Positions 18,091 to 28,182 are shown, numbered from the stretch's first letter. The stretch is 64,000 bases of DNA from an uncultured Candidatus Saccharibacteria bacterium (GCA_964449235.1 CAYVAX010000001.1:20814-84813), one strand, 5' to 3'. Program-made: numbers and translations. Notes: a model not told the origin generated them from the sequence alone.

Positions 18091-20235
18091 CTATAATTTG
18101 AGTTTAAATACTTTTTTTTCACATAAAAAATAAATTTCTTTTTCATTTCCAGTAACCCAAAAATCAGAAAGTCGGTTAAATTCTTTATTCACATACTGAT
18201 TTATTATCTCTCCTTTCCTGTTTAAAACAATTAAGCGCCTGTTCTCTGGATCGGATATATATAAATGCTTAAAATCAGATTCAACAAATAATTTGTTATT
18301 CCCGGATAATTGCTGATTTAATTTTAATGGTATTTGGCGAACTTCTTTTCCTTGAAAATACTCAGTTATTGTTCCTTGGGAATTGAGAACATAGATTGCG
18401 CCATCAATAGCCATGGATTGAGCAGTCTTTAATCCTTCTTCAGGCTGCGATAACCAACTTTTTCCATTAATGGTTTCTGCCTGTATTGACGATAAAGGAT
18501 ATTTTATAATCTCACCCTGCTGGGAATTTAATATGTAGAAATTAGAAAGAAACCTTCCCAAGCTTTGAATTTTTTCAATAGAGATTTCCGGGCTTAACAG
18601 GTAAGCTTCATGTTCTTTTGTGGCGCTGTTGTAAATATAAGCTTTGCCGCTTTGTCCAAACAAGATTATTTGTCCAGAATTTAAAGAAATCATTTTCCTT
18701 AATTCGTCTTTTGCGGAAATGAATATTAGGGTTAAAGAATTTTTTTCTTCTGTACTCAAATCTGACTTATAAAGAATGCCTGAATCCAATTCGTAAAAAT
18801 ATAGACTATTTTCTGCTTTACTAATTCCTGCAGGATTAACAATAAATCCAGTCTTAGAAAAATTTAAAACCTCCTCGAGCTGATTCACCCTAATTACGTT
18901 ATTAATGCTGTCTTGCTGATTTTGATATTTTTCCTCTAAGGTAAAGGCTCTGGCAATGACCTGCTCATTGTTTTTTAAGGATGCTTGTCGGGCATGATCA
19001 ATAAGACTAGAAAGCAAGGACTGGTTTCTTTCTATTAATGCTCGGGCCTTATCTTGCTGTTGGTAAATTAAGGCAGAATCTATCTTTTTTTGAATTGCTT
19101 GAACTTTTTCAGCTAACTGATTAAATGCATGCAGCTTGGTTAAATAATTAATCTTTTGAACAGTAAAATAGGGGAGAATTAAAATTAATAAAATTAAAAT
19201 TAATGAAATAATAAATGCAGGTTTGTTTTGATCTTTTAAATAATAATATTTTTTTCTAATTTTGTATTTTTCATTTAGTTTTTGAGGAATTTTGCGAGTG
19301 GTTATTGTTATCCGCTGGCAAACTGCAGTTTTTCCTATTGCTCTGGTTACTGGCCTCAAAAGCCTGAATCCTTTGCCCAGGAGTATAAATATAACTTTGA
19401 ATGTGGTTCCGATTTTTAAAATTATAGGTCTAAGCTTTCCAATGCTAATTCTTTTTTGCTTGGTTATTTTTTGTTCAATTTCAGGGCTAGTTTTTACTAT
19501 CTGAGGAGCAGTATCAGTAACAAACACTGGTTTTGCCTCTAATACCAGACTGACTAATGGAGGCTTAATTGATTTAGCCCTGGCTAAATTTTCAAAATTC
19601 AATATTATCCGATTACAATCTTTTGTAGAAAGCGCTTTCAGCTCTTTCAGGGAAGCAAGAGTTAGAATGTTTTTAGTGCCTAATACTAGTTTATCCCCGG
19701 GTATAATTTTTCCACTAGCAATATTATTAAATGTTTTTAGGGGAGGAACTTTTTCTGAGTCTGTGAATTTTTTTTCAATGTGGCTTACGCCCCCTTCTCT
19801 AAACAACTTAATCATTATATCTCCAGCCTGAGTGACATGAAGCGTGTTTTCGGTTAAAACACCACAAACAAAATGAAAATTGCCCATCCATTCTGTGTTT
19901 CCTTTTTCAGCAAAGTCGGCTAAATAAAGGTTTGCCTTGTTAAGGCTGGCCTCTAAAGCTTCTGCCCCGGAACGTTTAAAATCAGAATAAAATTCACGCT
20001 TAATTACCGAAATTAGCAGATTTAAAAGAAAGTCAGTGCTTTTATACTTGTTCTTGGGAATATTATCTATTTTTCCCAACATAAAAAGAGTACCCAATTT
20101 GGCCTCCTCAATGTTTTTTGGCTCATAGACAAAAAAATCATAAACACAGTCTGGATGTTTAGTTTTTCCTATCCCAGGGCTTTCTACTGGCCTAATAAAC
20201 TCTTTAGAATAAAATTGAAGATTATCTTCTGACAT
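18091..20235 (-). CDS. Hypothetical membrane protein: degenerate PP2C-like N-domain, TM, coiled region, beta-propeller-like C-domain
   Basis: EALEASLNKAN..LHVTQAGD..GDKLVLGT; SMAIDGAIYVL, LYISDPENRRLIVLN repeats. Confidence 0.6.
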   Translation of the reverse strand: MSEDNLQFYSKEFIRPVESPGIGKTKHPDCVYDFFVYEPKNIEEAKLGTLFMLGKIDNIPKNKYKSTDFLLNLLISVIKREFYSDFKRSGAEALEASLNKANLYLADFAEKGNTEWMGNFHFVCGVLTENTLHVTQAGDIMIKLFREGGVSHIEKKFTDSEKVPPLKTFNNIASGKIIPGDKLVLGTKNILTLASLKELKALSTKDCNRIILNFENLARAKSIKPPLVSLVLEAKPVFVTDTAPQIVKTSPEIEQKITKQKRISIGKLRPIILKIGTTFKVIFILLGKGFRLLRPVTRAIGKTAVCQRITITTRKIPQKLNEKYKIRKKYYYLKDQNKPAFIISLILILLILILPYFTVQKINYLTKLHAFNQLAEKVQAIQKKIDSALIYQQQDKARALIERNQSLLSSLIDHARQASLKNNEQVIARAFTLEEKYQNQQDSINNVIRVNQLEEVLNFSKTGFIVNPAGISKAENSLYFYELDSGILYKSDLSTEEKNSLTLIFISAKDELRKMISLNSGQIILFGQSGKAYIYNSATKEHEAYLLSPEISIEKIQSLGRFLSNFYILNSQQGEIIKYPLSSIQAETINGKSWLSQPEEGLKTAQSMAIDGAIYVLNSQGTITEYFQGKEVRQIPLKLNQQLSGNNKLFVESDFKHLYISDPENRRLIVLNRKGEIINQYVNKEFNRLSDFWVTGNEKEIYFLCEKKVFKLKL

Positions 20236-20322
20236 CGTTCTTATTGTAGCAGTTTTTAAGATGCTTTACAAGCTTTTAAAATAGGGTTATTATTAAAATA
20301 TATCAGGTTAATCAATAAAAAT

Positions 20323-21315
20323 ATGGCAAAATCTAAAACAAAAAAGAGTTCTAAAAAAAGAACTACAAAAAAAAGAAATAAAAGAAGAACAAAGAAAAGA
20401 ACAACTCCAAAGAGAAAAACAAAGTCAAGAAAAAAAACTCTTAAAAAGAGGCCCACTAAGAAAAGAAAATCCTCCAAAAAGAGGGGAGCTTCTCGAAAGC
20501 CTAAAAAAAGAACTACAAGAAAGAAACCAACAAAAACAAAGAGGTCCTATAGAAAAAAAAGAAAAACACCTAGAAAAAAGTATAGAACCAGAAAAAAACC
20601 AAAAACAAGAAAGACAACCAGGCGAAAACCAAAACAAAGATCACAAAAGAGAAAATCAGTTAAACGAAAGCGGGCCAAGAAAAAATATGCTCCTAAAAAG
20701 AAAACTAGAACATATCCTAACAAAGGATCTCTAGAGCAGTTATTTGAATCCGGTCCAAAGGTAAGGATTATGAAGCTATTTTTCAGAAATCCTGAAGAAA
20801 GCTTTTTATTTAAAGATGCAGCAAAACTAATGAGGATGAGAGCAGACACAGCCAGAAAAGAAATGAAAAAATTAGAAACAATTGGACTGTTAAGAAGTAG
20901 AAAAATATCCCCCCGAAAACAATTATTTTCTATTGACCACAGCTTTAATTTCCTTAACGAGCTTCGAGAATTAATCTTAAAGGCCAGTCCAGTCCCCAAA
21001 GACAGACTATTAAAAACAATCAGAAAATTGGGGAAAATTAAAATGGTTCTGGTTTCAGGAATATTTCTCGGAGAAGATGCCCCTAAAACTAATCGCGGAA
21101 CAACTCGTACAGATTTGCTGATTGTAGGAGATAATGTTAGCTCTAGAAAAGTAAGCCGGTTTATAAAAAACATTGAAGCTGAAGCAGGAACAAATGTAAA
21201 CTGCGCAGTAATGAGCGCTAAAGACTTTAAATATCGGTATAACATGTACGACAGATTTGTAAGGGACTTGATTAACGAAAAATCAGAGTTTTTAATGAAT
21301 AAATTGAAGTTTTAA
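20323..21315 (+). CDS. K/R-rich histone-H1-like N-terminus fused to wHTH plus nucleotidyltransferase-like domain
   Basis: ~130 aa of K/R/T/S/P; LFESGPKVRIMKLFF..EMKKLE.IGLL; VSGIF...DLLIVGD. Confidence 0.7.
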   Translation: MAKSKTKKSSKKRTTKKRNKRRTKKRTTPKRKTKSRKKTLKKRPTKKRKSSKKRGASRKPKKRTTRKKPTKTKRSYRKKRKTPRKKYRTRKKPKTRKTTRRKPKQRSQKRKSVKRKRAKKKYAPKKKTRTYPNKGSLEQLFESGPKVRIMKLFFRNPEESFLFKDAAKLMRMRADTARKEMKKLETIGLLRSRKISPRKQLFSIDHSFNFLNELRELILKASPVPKDRLLKTIRKLGKIKMVLVSGIFLGEDAPKTNRGTTRTDLLIVGDNVSSRKVSRFIKNIEAEAGTNVNCAVMSAKDFKYRYNMYDRFVRDLINEKSEFLMNKLKF

Positions 21316-21387
21316 GGGCATTTAGTTCAGTGGTAGAACGTTCGCTTCACATGCGAAAGGTCGCAGGTTCGATCCCTGCAGTGCCCA
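21316..21387 (+). tRNA. tRNA-Val (CAC)
   Basis: Cloverleaf; anticodon arm TTCGC-TTCACAT-GCGAA; GGTTCGATCC T-loop; CCA not encoded. Confidence 0.95.
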
Positions 21388-21391
21388 TTTT

Positions 21392-21422
21392 AAACGATTA
21401 AATTTAATTTAATCGTTTTTTT
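21392..21422 (+). terminator. Terminator after tRNA-Val
   Basis: AAACGATTAAAT-tta-ATTTAATCGTTT plus T run. Confidence 0.7.
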
Positions 21423-21440
21423 GTTTATGGTATAATAAAA

Positions 21441-21842
21441 ATGATGAGATTGATTTTGAAAAAACCAATAATTTTGCAGTTTTGGAAATGGTATTATACA
21501 GAAGCAATAAAAAGCCTGATTAACATTTGGAAAAATTTTATTATCTTTGTTCAGGAATACTATTCTATTCCTTTGCTGTTAAAAACTTTAGTTGCTCCTT
21601 GGAAAAGGGATGTTACTCGCAAGCCTCGAGGTTTGGATATTAAAAAACTTCTTGAGGCTTTTACTTTTAATGCTATTTCCAGAACTATTGGATTTTTTGT
21701 TAGGTCAGTAACAATTGTTTTTGGCTTAATTTGTTTGTTGGGCGTAATTATTTTAGGATTTGTAGCTTTAATTATTTGGTTAATCCTTCCGTTTGCACTA
21801 ATATTCCTTGTTATTATGGGAATATTGTTGCTTGCAGGTTAA
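21441..21842 (+). CDS. Hypothetical membrane protein
   Basis: Long hydrophobic C-terminus; TATAAT immediately upstream; abuts the Clp gene. Confidence 0.7.
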   Translation: MMRLILKKPIILQFWKWYYTEAIKSLINIWKNFIIFVQEYYSIPLLLKTLVAPWKRDVTRKPRGLDIKKLLEAFTFNAISRTIGFFVRSVTIVFGLICLLGVIILGFVALIIWLILPFALIFLVIMGILLLAG

Positions 21843-21843
21843 T

Positions 21844-24390
21844 ATGGGGTTTGATTTAAAATCAACAACTATTTATCAGATAGTTAAATTGGCAAAAGTA
21901 TTTTCTCCCAAGTTAGTACTTGTTATGAACTGGCTGTTTTTAATTATTACTTTTTCGTTATTAGTAGTGTTTTTAGGCAATCAACCGTTTTTACAATTGA
22001 GCTCTGGTCAAGTATTCGGTCTCTTTTTAATTGTATTAAGCTTTAATATTTTTGGATGGATTTGGTTAATATTTTTTAAGGCTGTTTTAAGAGAAAATAC
22101 TTTACTCAAGGTTCCTTTAGAAAAAGTAACCTCTTTTACAGAAATTGAAAATTTAAATTTAGCTGAATATTTAGACTTTATAATCGTAGATGCTTTAATT
22201 GATGCTATTAACTTTTGCAAACGAAAAAGGATTTCGCTTACGGCCTTAATAGTAGTATTGTTCTTATTCAAGAATGAACGGGTAAATAAAGTATTTGATA
22301 AATTAGGAATTGCTAAAAAGGAAATAAAAAGGGCTGTAAGCAAAAAAGAGGCAAATCTAAAACCCAGCAAGTTATTGTACAGTCAAAACTTTTTAAAAAT
22401 TATTAACCAATCGGCAAAAGCAGCAATTGCAAATTTTCACCGCCAAATAGAGGTTAAGGATTTTTTAGTAACTGCTGCAGAATACGATAATGATTTTAGG
22501 GAAATTTTATTTGACAACGATCTTGAATATGCTGATGTAAATCACGTAATTGCCTGGGACAATTTTATCACCTACGAAGCTGAATGGAAAAGCAAGTTCT
22601 GGAAACTAGAAAATCTTTTAAAAAGGCCCGGAATTGGAAAACAATGGGCAGCCGGGCATACTGTCAATGTTGATAAATACGCTACAGATGTTACCAAATT
22701 AATAAAACATAAAGACATTCCTCTTCACGTTGTAGGAAGAAAAACGGAAATTGAAACCATTGAAAGAATCCTTTCGCGCAGAGGAGAAAATAATGTATTG
22801 GTGATTGGTAAGCCTGGAGGAGGAAGATCAACAATTGTTTACAGTTTTGCTAAAAAAATCATGGAAGGAAGATCTGTTCCGGGATTGAATTACAAACGAG
22901 TATTGGAAATAGATATGCAAGCAATGTTTGCAGGATTAAAAACCCATGGAGAAATTTTGGATAGATTTAAAATTGTTTTTTCAGAAGCAGCAAATGCTGG
23001 CAATGTCATTTTAATAATTGACGACATTCATAACTATATTGGAGAACAAAAAGGAGTAGGAGGATTGGATATTTCCTCAGCATTAACCTCTTATCTTGGC
23101 TCTCCTGAACTTCAAGTTATTGGGGTAACTACTTTTTCAGGATTTCATAAAAACATTGAAACCAATCCCGCAGTTATGAACTTCTTTGAAAAAGTTGAAA
23201 TTGAAGAACCTTCTAAAAAAGAATCAATGTTTGTTTTAGAAGATTTGCTTCCTAAATTTGAAAAAGAATATGGTTTAAAGGTGGGATATAAAGGGTTAAG
23301 AACGGTTATTGACCTCACCGACCGATACATTCAGGATGTTCCTTTTCCGGAAAAAGCAATTGATTTCTTGGGAGAGGTAATGGTGTATGTAAAAACACAA
23401 ACCAATTCTCGAGTCGTTCTTCCGGAGCATGTTGCCCAGGTTATTTCTCAAAAAACTAAAATACCAGCTGGAGAAATTCAAAAGACTGAAAAAGAAAAAC
23501 TATTAAAACTAGAAGAATACATTCACCAGCGGGTTGTTGACCAGGAAGAAGCTGTTAATGCTCTAGCAGATGCAATGAGAAGAAGTCGGGCAGGAGTTGC
23601 TGGACGGAATAAGCCTATTGGGACATTTTTGTTTCTTGGTCCCACAGGGGTAGGAAAAACAGAAACTTCCAAAGCATTAGCAGAATCATATTTTGGCTCA
23701 GAAAAAGAAATGATCCGATTAGATATGTCTGAATACCAAAGCATACAATCAATCAATCGCCTTATTGGCTCTTCAGACGGAACTCAGGGACTATTAACCA
23801 ATGCTATTAGGGAAAGACCTTTTTCTTTGGTTTTGTTAGATGAAATAGAAAAAGCTCATCCGAACATTTTAAATTTATTTCTCCAGGTTTTAGATGAAGG
23901 ACGTTTGACTGATAATTTGGGCAGGACAGTAAGCTTTCGAAATTCAATTATTATTGGAACATCCAATGCTGGCGCAGAATTTATACGCCAATATCTCGGT
24001 CAAGAAAAAAAACCTAGCTACGATTATGCTGCATTTAAAAAAGAACTGATAAATAATCTTTTAGAGCGGGGCATTTTTCGACCAGAATTTCTTAATCGTT
24101 TTGATGCTACAATAACCTTTAAGCCTTTGTCTCCAGAAGATTTAACATTGATTGCGAAATTAATGCTCCAGAAATTAAACCAACGTCTTGTTCATGGAAG
24201 AGGAATTCAGTTAGTAATAACTGATGAGCTGGCAAAGAAAGTAGCAGAATTGGGATATAATCCTGAATTTGGAGCAAGACCGATGAATAGGGTTATCCAG
24301 GATAGGATCGAAAATAAAATTGCTAAAAAAATACTATCTGGCCAGCTTAGAAAAGGAGATGCTATAGAATTAAAAACTGAAGAAATTTAA
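21844..24390 (+). CDS. ClpA/ClpB-family AAA+ ATPase with N-terminal TM segments
   Basis: D1 GKPGGGRST/IIDDIH; D2 GPTGVGKT/LLDEIEKAH; FRPEFLNRFD; GARP. Confidence 0.88.
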   Translation: MGFDLKSTTIYQIVKLAKVFSPKLVLVMNWLFLIITFSLLVVFLGNQPFLQLSSGQVFGLFLIVLSFNIFGWIWLIFFKAVLRENTLLKVPLEKVTSFTEIENLNLAEYLDFIIVDALIDAINFCKRKRISLTALIVVLFLFKNERVNKVFDKLGIAKKEIKRAVSKKEANLKPSKLLYSQNFLKIINQSAKAAIANFHRQIEVKDFLVTAAEYDNDFREILFDNDLEYADVNHVIAWDNFITYEAEWKSKFWKLENLLKRPGIGKQWAAGHTVNVDKYATDVTKLIKHKDIPLHVVGRKTEIETIERILSRRGENNVLVIGKPGGGRSTIVYSFAKKIMEGRSVPGLNYKRVLEIDMQAMFAGLKTHGEILDRFKIVFSEAANAGNVILIIDDIHNYIGEQKGVGGLDISSALTSYLGSPELQVIGVTTFSGFHKNIETNPAVMNFFEKVEIEEPSKKESMFVLEDLLPKFEKEYGLKVGYKGLRTVIDLTDRYIQDVPFPEKAIDFLGEVMVYVKTQTNSRVVLPEHVAQVISQKTKIPAGEIQKTEKEKLLKLEEYIHQRVVDQEEAVNALADAMRRSRAGVAGRNKPIGTFLFLGPTGVGKTETSKALAESYFGSEKEMIRLDMSEYQSIQSINRLIGSSDGTQGLLTNAIRERPFSLVLLDEIEKAHPNILNLFLQVLDEGRLTDNLGRTVSFRNSIIIGTSNAGAEFIRQYLGQEKKPSYDYAAFKKELINNLLERGIFRPEFLNRFDATITFKPLSPEDLTLIAKLMLQKLNQRLVHGRGIQLVITDELAKKVAELGYNPEFGARPMNRVIQDRIENKIAKKILSGQLRKGDAIELKTEEI

Positions 24391-24465
24391 AGCTTTAAAA
24401 GCGAATATAGTTTAAATAACCCAAAATAGGGGATAAAGTGTGGAAAAATAAATAGGTTTAAATCC

Positions 24466-24491
24466 AAAAATGGCTCTGTAGAGCCATTTTT
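24466..24491 (+). terminator. Terminator-like hairpin
   Basis: AAAAATGGCTCT-gt-AGAGCCATTTTT. Confidence 0.6.
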
Positions 24492-24530
24492 ATTTTACAA
24501 ACTAATTGGTCTTTAGCTGAAATCCCAGGG

Positions 24531-24594
24531 TTGACAGAGGACATAAAGGTGGGGTAGAATTAAATTGTAGTGGGTAATTGTGGATAATTTTGGG
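24531..24594 (+). promoter_or_regulatory. mraZ promoter with MraZ-binding GTGGG-type boxes
   Basis: TTGACA 24531, TAGAAT 24555; GTGGG/GTGGA/TTGGG at 24570, 24580, 24590 (10-nt period). Confidence 0.75.
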
Positions 24595-24621
24595 GATAAA
24601 TAGCTGAATTTGTGAATAACT

Positions 24622-25053
24622 ATGCTAATTGGAGAATACAAACATACAATTGATATTAAAAAAAGGTTGGCTATTCCTTCTAAGTTAAGAAGAGAGTTGG
24701 GTGCAAAGGCAGTTATTACCAGGGGATTGGATAATTGTCTTTTTGTTTTTCCTCAAAAACAATGGAGCAAGTTAATTCAAAAATTAAGCAAATTACCCTT
24801 AGGGCAAAGAGACACAAGAGGATTTACGCGATTGATGCTGGCAGGTGCAAGCGAGACGGGATTAGACAAATTAGGGAGAATTCTAATTCCTGACTATTTA
24901 AAAAAATATGCAGGACTAAAAAAGAATGTAGTTATTGCCGGAGTATATAATCGTTTGGAGATTTGGGACGAAAATAAATGGAAGTTGTTTAAACAAAGCA
25001 CTGAAAAGGAAGTAGATAATATGGCTGAACGTTTGGGTGAAATTGGCGTATGA
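24622..25053 (+). CDS. mraZ: Transcriptional regulator MraZ
   Basis: GEYKHTID.K.RLAIP, LDKLGRILIP, RLEIWD. Confidence 0.96.
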   Translation: MLIGEYKHTIDIKKRLAIPSKLRRELGAKAVITRGLDNCLFVFPQKQWSKLIQKLSKLPLGQRDTRGFTRLMLAGASETGLDKLGRILIPDYLKKYAGLKKNVVIAGVYNRLEIWDENKWKLFKQSTEKEVDNMAERLGEIGV

Positions 25054-25955
25054 CAATTCACCAACCTGTTCTTTTAGATAAAGTTATTGAATATTTAAAT
25101 CCAAAACCAAAAGAAAACTTTGTTGATTGTACAGTTGGAGCCGGGGGACATAGTCTGGCTATTTTACAAAAAAATTCTCCTGGTAAAGTGCTAGCTATTG
25201 ACTGCGATCCTCAAAGCTTAAAATATCTTAAAGCTAAAATCAGAGACTTAAAACCGAGCACTGGTACGAGCACTAGTAAAAGATTGATTTTAGTTAATGA
25301 CAACTTTAAAAATTTAGAAAAAATTGTCCAGAAACAAAAGTTTAAACCTGTAAGTGGAATTCTATTTGATCTTGGTTTATCCAGCTGGCATTTGGAAAAA
25401 AGCAAACGGGGATTTAGTTTTAAAAACAATGAACCCTTAAAGATGGGCTTTAGTCCCCAGTCCGAGATTGCTGCCAAGGTTATAAACCAAAGCTCAGAAA
25501 AAGAATTAGCGGAAATTTTTAAACAATATGGAGAAGAAAGATACAGTTACAGAATCGCAAGAGCAATAAAAAAAGCAGAAAAGCCAATTTATACTACTGA
25601 ACAATTACGAACAATCATTAAACGTGCTGTTCCTTATCATAAAACCAAGCGCGGACAGATAAATAGAGTATTAGCAAGAATTTTTCAGGCTTTAAGAATC
25701 GTTGTTAATGATGAATTAGAAAATTTAAAACAAGGACTTGAGCAGGGAATAAGAATTTTAGAGCCCCGGGGAAGAATGGCAGTAATATCTTTTCATTCCC
25801 TGGAAGACAGAATAGTCAAACATTTTTTTAAGCAAAAAAAACAACAGAAAATCATAGAGATCCTTACTAAAAAGCCAACCACTGCTAGCCAGCAAGAAGT
25901 TGAAAATAATCCTCGCAGTAGAAGTGCAAAATTAAGAGCAATAATAAAAACTTGA
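25050..25955 (+). CDS. rsmH: 16S rRNA m4C1402 methyltransferase
   Basis: HQPVLL, DCTVGAGGHS, DLGLSS, FQALRI.VNDEL, ISFHSLEDRIVK, NPRSRSAKLR. Confidence 0.96.
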   Translation: MTIHQPVLLDKVIEYLNPKPKENFVDCTVGAGGHSLAILQKNSPGKVLAIDCDPQSLKYLKAKIRDLKPSTGTSTSKRLILVNDNFKNLEKIVQKQKFKPVSGILFDLGLSSWHLEKSKRGFSFKNNEPLKMGFSPQSEIAAKVINQSSEKELAEIFKQYGEERYSYRIARAIKKAEKPIYTTEQLRTIIKRAVPYHKTKRGQINRVLARIFQALRIVVNDELENLKQGLEQGIRILEPRGRMAVISFHSLEDRIVKHFFKQKKQQKIIEILTKKPTTASQQEVENNPRSRSAKLRAIIKT

Positions 25956-26011
25956 ATTTAAAATTTAAATTAATTTCGCGATAGGAGTTATTAAATTTAA
26001 CATTGAGGTTT

Positions 26012-26088
26012 ACCCAAGGTCTTGAGTGCTTCTACTCAAGCCAAGCTTGGGTCCTTAGGTGGGGAAGCACCCCACCCAAAGACCTAAG
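26012..26088 (+). other. GC-rich structured intergenic element between rsmH and ftsL
   Basis: Nested stems ACCCAAG/CTTGGGT, CTTGAGT/ACTCAAG, GGTGGGG/CCCCACC, CTTAGGT/ACCTAAG. Confidence 0.55.
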
Positions 26089-26096
26089 ATAAATAT

Positions 26097-26462
26097 ATGT
26101 CTTATTCTGTAAGCTTTGCTCAAAAAAATAGTGTTTACTATCGAAGTAAACAACGTTCCTTTTCTGCAAGAAAGGGAAGTAAAAAAAGAACAATTGCTTT
26201 TCTGTTGATTTTTTCTATAATTTTATTTAGTATAATATATATAATTCAAGCAAATAGTTTGGCTACCGGAGGATATAAGCTTCAGGAACATAAACAAGAA
26301 TTAACAGAATTGCAAACAAAACACACAAATCTTAAATTGAAGTTATCTGAAATTCGCTCACTTCAATACTTGGAGCAAAGAGTCGAAAGCCTTAACATGA
26401 AGGCAATAAGCGGAGTTGAGGTAAAATATCTATCTCCGACTACTCAGGTGGCCGCACGATAG
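26097..26462 (+). CDS. ftsL: FtsL-like cell division protein
   Basis: Basic tail, TM, leucine heptad coil; position between rsmH and the PBP gene. Confidence 0.65.
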   Translation: MSYSVSFAQKNSVYYRSKQRSFSARKGSKKRTIAFLLIFSIILFSIIYIIQANSLATGGYKLQEHKQELTELQTKHTNLKLKLSEIRSLQYLEQRVESLNMKAISGVEVKYLSPTTQVAAR

Positions 26463-26466
26463 AAAT

Positions 26467-28182
26467 ATGAAAAATTCCCGCATCTATATTCTAGTAGCCT
26501 TTATTTTTTGTCTTGGTTTTGTTTTAATTTTTCGTCTATTCTCTGTTCAGGTTGCAAATCACACTTTCTATAAAGAACTGGCCTTCAACCAACACCAAAC
26601 ACATCAAATCCTCTTTCCTGCAAGAGGAGAAATTTTTATAAAAGACAGGTTTTACAACCAAGACTCCTCTTCAGAGCTTTTTCCATTGGCATTAAATAAA
26701 GAATGGTCAATGGCTTATGCTGTTCCTGAAAAAATCAAAGACGTTAAGGAGACAACAGAATTATTAGCTCCTTTGCTGGAAATGGATAAGCAAAAATTAG
26801 AGCAAATTTTAAGCAAAAAAAACGATCCTTACGAGCCTTTAAAACATAAGCTTTCTAATGAGATTGCTGAACAAATAAAAAATTTAAATATTCCGGGCAT
26901 AAAATTAACTTCTGAAATTTGGCGTTATTATCCTGCTAATGATTTTGCTAGCCATGTATTAGGATTTGTTGGGTTTTCTGAAAATAAGCGGGAAGGACAA
27001 TACGGAGTAGAAGGTTACTATGAAAAAGAACTTAGCGGAAAAACTGGATTTGTTGAAGGGGAAAAAGACAACCAGGGTCGCTTAATCGCCATTGCCAAGC
27101 AATACCTTCAACCTGCCAAAGATGGAGGAGATTTAATCTTAACTCTTGATCCTAATGTCCAGTTTTTTATAGAAAAGCAGCTTAATCAGGTTGTTGATCG
27201 CTACAACGCTGAGGGAGGAACAATTATTGTGCTTGATCCCGTGACTGGAGCTACTAAGGGATTGGCAAACCAGCCCAGCTTTAATCCCAATGAATATTCA
27301 GAAGTGGAAGATATTAATGTTTTTCTGAATCCAGCCACACACAATATTTTTGAACCGGGATCAATATTTAAACCCTTTACTGTAGCTACGGCTTTAGATA
27401 AAAAATTATTAACTCCTCAAACTACGTACACAGATAAGGGATATGTTGTTGTCGGAAGTCATACAATTTATAACTCTGATCCCAAACCTCAAGGAACTCA
27501 AACTGTAACCCAAATTCTTCAAAAATCTCTAAACACAGGAACAGTTTTCATTCAGGAGCTAATCCCTAAAGAAACTTTTAAAGAATATTTAAAAAAATTC
27601 GGTTTTTCTCAAAAAACTGGAATTGATTTAAAGGGAGAAACAACAGGAAACATTTCCAATTTAAATACAGGTCGGGATATAGAGTTTGCTACTGCTTCTT
27701 TTGGGCAGGGGATTGCAATCACTCCAATAGAATTAGTAACTGCAATGTCTGCAATTGCCAACCAGGGAAAAATGGTAACTCCGCATTTAGTTGAAAGGAT
27801 AATTTATGACAATGACAAAGAAAAAATTATTCAGCCAAAAATCAAAGGGCAGATAATCTCTCCAGAGACAGCAGAGCAATTGGTAAAAATGATGGTGAAA
27901 GTAGTAGATGACGGCAGCGGAAGCAATGCCAAGATTCCTGGATATTTTATTGCTGGTAAAACCGGAACTGCGCAAGTACCCAATAGTGACCAGCCAGGAT
28001 ATTCAGAAAAAACTATTCATTCTTTTGGCGGGTTTTTTCCTGCTTTTGAACCTCGATTTTTAGTATTAGTAAAATTAAATAATCCCCAAGGAGTGCGATT
28101 CGCAGCTGTTTCCGTTGCTCCTGTATTTAAAGAAATAGCAGAATATATTTTAAATTATTATGAAATACCGCCTAGCCGCTAA
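26467..28182 (+). CDS. ftsI: Division class B penicillin-binding protein
   Basis: RGEIF, EPGSIFKP, SLN, AGKTGTAQ; dcw context. Confidence 0.85.
   Translation: MKNSRIYILVAFIFCLGFVLIFRLFSVQVANHTFYKELAFNQHQTHQILFPARGEIFIKDRFYNQDSSSELFPLALNKEWSMAYAVPEKIKDVKETTELLAPLLEMDKQKLEQILSKKNDPYEPLKHKLSNEIAEQIKNLNIPGIKLTSEIWRYYPANDFASHVLGFVGFSENKREGQYGVEGYYEKELSGKTGFVEGEKDNQGRLIAIAKQYLQPAKDGGDLILTLDPNVQFFIEKQLNQVVDRYNAEGGTIIVLDPVTGATKGLANQPSFNPNEYSEVEDINVFLNPATHNIFEPGSIFKPFTVATALDKKLLTPQTTYTDKGYVVVGSHTIYNSDPKPQGTQTVTQILQKSLNTGTVFIQELIPKETFKEYLKKFGFSQKTGIDLKGETTGNISNLNTGRDIEFATASFGQGIAITPIELVTAMSAIANQGKMVTPHLVERIIYDNDKEKIIQPKIKGQIISPETAEQLVKMMVKVVDDGSGSNAKIPGYFIAGKTGTAQVPNSDQPGYSEKTIHSFGGFFPAFEPRFLVLVKLNNPQGVRFAAVSVAPVFKEIAEYILNYYEIPPSR

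Noticed and set aside
20547-21245. 232-aa minus-strand ORF (also 20256-20477 and 20425-20637)
   Set aside because: Antisense shadows of the A-rich Lys/Arg gene; Phe/Leu-rich artefacts
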